A DNA stretch of 34,093 bases, from the NCBI GenBank assembly GCA_021432655.1, contig MU271221.1, positions 45,256 to 79,348 of the forward strand, given 5' to 3'. Under the pieces are notes generated by a model, which was not told the DNA's origin, did not search any database, and saw only the letters and a program-made list of their open reading frames with translations. The position numbers and the translations under genes are program-made. This stretch comes from Atractiella rhizophila. Its lineage: Eukaryota. The stretch's first letter is position 1. Each line of letters begins with the position of its first letter. Below are positions 32,422 through 34,093 of the stretch, in pieces.

Positions 32422-32479
32422 CCCTTTCCAAAAGGTTTAGACATCTGATTTAGCCAACTTTTAGGATTCACAATGGAAT

Positions 32480-34093
32480 ATGATGCGATCACGCTCCCCA
32501 TCGCTTGAGGACTTCGACCAAACCTTGCGTTGCTTCGTCACAGATGCAAATGACCCTACCTCTCGTTTAGCTAGTCCTCCTACACAGGAAATAGGAACCT
32601 CAACCGGAGCGCCAATTCCAGTTCTCTCCCCTGTGCATGATTCTCCCAAGTGGACCGATTTNNNNNNNNNNNNNNNNNNNNNNNNNNNNNNNNNNNNNNN
32701 NNNNNNNNNNNNNNNNNNNNNNNNNNNNNNNNNNNNNNNNNNNNNNNNNNNNNNNNNNNNNNNNNNNNNNNNNNNNNNNNNNNNNNNNNNNNNNNNNNNN
32801 NNNNNNNNNNNNNNNNNNNNNNNNNNNNNNNNNNNNNNNNNNNNNNNNNNNNNNNNNNNNNNNNNNNNNNNNNNNNNNNNNNNNNNNNNNNNNNNNNNNN
32901 NNNNNNNNNNNNNNNNNNNNNNNNNNNNNNNNNNNNNNNNNNNNNNNNNNNNNNNNNNNNNNNNNNNNNNNNNNNNNNNNNNNNNNNNNNNNNNNNNNNN
33001 NNNNNNNNNNNNNNNNNNNNNNNNNNNNNNNNNNNNNNNNNNNNNNNNNNNNNNNNNNNNNNNNNNNNNNNNNNNNNNNNNNNNNNNNNNNNNNNNNNNN
33101 NNNNNNNNNNNNNNNNNNNNNNNNNNNNNNNNNNNNNNNNNNNNNNNNNNNNNNNNNNNNNNNNNNNNNNNNNNNNNNNNNNNNNNNNNNNNNNNNNNNN
33201 NNNNNNNNNNNNNNNNNNNNNNNNNNNNNNNNNNNNNNNNNNNNNNNNNNNNNNNNNNNNNNNNNNNNNNNNNNNNNNNNNNNNNNNNNNNNNNNNNNNN
33301 NNNNNNNNNNNNNNNNNNNNNNNNNNNNNNNNNNNNNNNNNNNNNNNNNNNNNNNNNNNNNNNNNNNNNNNNNNNNNNNNNNNNNNNNNNNNNNNNNNNN
33401 NNNNNNNNNNNNNNNNNNNNNNNNNNNNNNNNNNNNNNNNNNNNNNNNNNNNNNNNNNNNNNNNNNNNNNNNNNNNCGGAGTCGCCGTCATGGATTGGAA
33501 AGAGAAGCCTTCCCGGCTGTCTCTCAGCAGCAGTTCAGGCACGGAGGGCTACCATGATGCGAACGAGCACCACCAGTTTCCTGAAATGTCCACTGCGAGG
33601 GCTGTTGGACTGGTGGCTGTCTGTACGACTGCCATTACCATCTCAGTGCGTTCCTTCCCATTTCCAATCTGAAATTCGGTGGCTGACTTGATGGCCGCTG
33701 GGGGCATAGATTGCGTCGAACCAGGGTATGGCCATAGCCCTTCCTTCCATAGGAGCAGCGCTCGGCATCCCCAACTCGCGACTTCAATGGCTTGTTTCCT
33801 GTCCGTCTTCTCCGCTTCCCATCTCCTCATAAGTCGTCTAACTCCCGTCAATGTACAGCCAACAGTTTAACGACCGGTTGTTTCCTCCTCCTCTTCGGTC
33901 GCCTCTCGGATCTGTACGGTCATCGTCGCGTCTTCCTCTTGGGAATGTCGTGGACGACAGTATGGAATCTGGGATGCGGCTTTGCACCTAACGAGATCGG
34001 GATGGACATCATGAGAGGACTTGCCGGGTTGGGAACTGCTGCTTCCATACCTGCTGCCGTGGGTGTGCTAGGCAATAGCTTTCCGCCTGGACC
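32480..34093 (+). CDS. MFS transporter (DHA2/drug:H+ antiporter-like), interrupted by a gap and truncated at the window end; start uncertain
   Basis: Spliced IASNQGMAIALPSIGAALGIPNSRLQWLVSSNSLTTGCFLLLFGRLSDLYGHRRVFLLG (motif A) and MRGLAGLGTAASIPAAVGVLGNSFPPG. Confidence 0.88.
32662..33476. other. Assembly gap (815 N)
   Basis: Run of n. Confidence 1.

Noticed and set aside
32480..33691. 300-400 aa ORFs in the track
   Set aside because: Artefacts of translating through the N gap.
1..34093. CRISPR arrays, tRNA/rRNA genes, transposase or retroelement ORFs
   Set aside because: None recognised: no regularly spaced repeats, cloverleaf motifs, or RT/integrase/DDE signatures.

Overview
Intron-rich eukaryotic DNA (GT-AG introns of about 50-70 nt, CTRAY-type branch points), most consistent with a basidiomycete fungus; this is a draft scaffold with two N gaps. 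Conserved genes: 3' end of an ABCC/MRP transporter, RTC1/SEA2/WDR24, an XRCC2-like Rad51 paralog, SEC5, an SWC3-like gene, a DUF6534-type membrane protein, a Zn2Cys6 transcription factor and an MFS transporter. Bases 1-3719 are a second copy of about 9186-13111, probably an uncollapsed haplotype. Its flanks are nearly identical, but the central F-box/LRR gene is much more divergent, with changes concentrated in the LRR beta-strands. The most novel-looking region is a minus-strand block between SEC5 and SWC3 (18972-21132). It holds (i) a three-exon gene fusing an F-box-like N-terminus to a Pol-beta-superfamily nucleotidyltransferase whose catalytic motif appears only after splicing, (ii) a roughly 257-nt nested RNA structure with strand-specific G-U pairs, and (iii) a spliced 55-aa secreted four-cysteine peptide missing from the ORF track. 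Several single-base frameshifts in conserved genes suggest homopolymer-type assembly errors. All calls were made by eye, with no database search.
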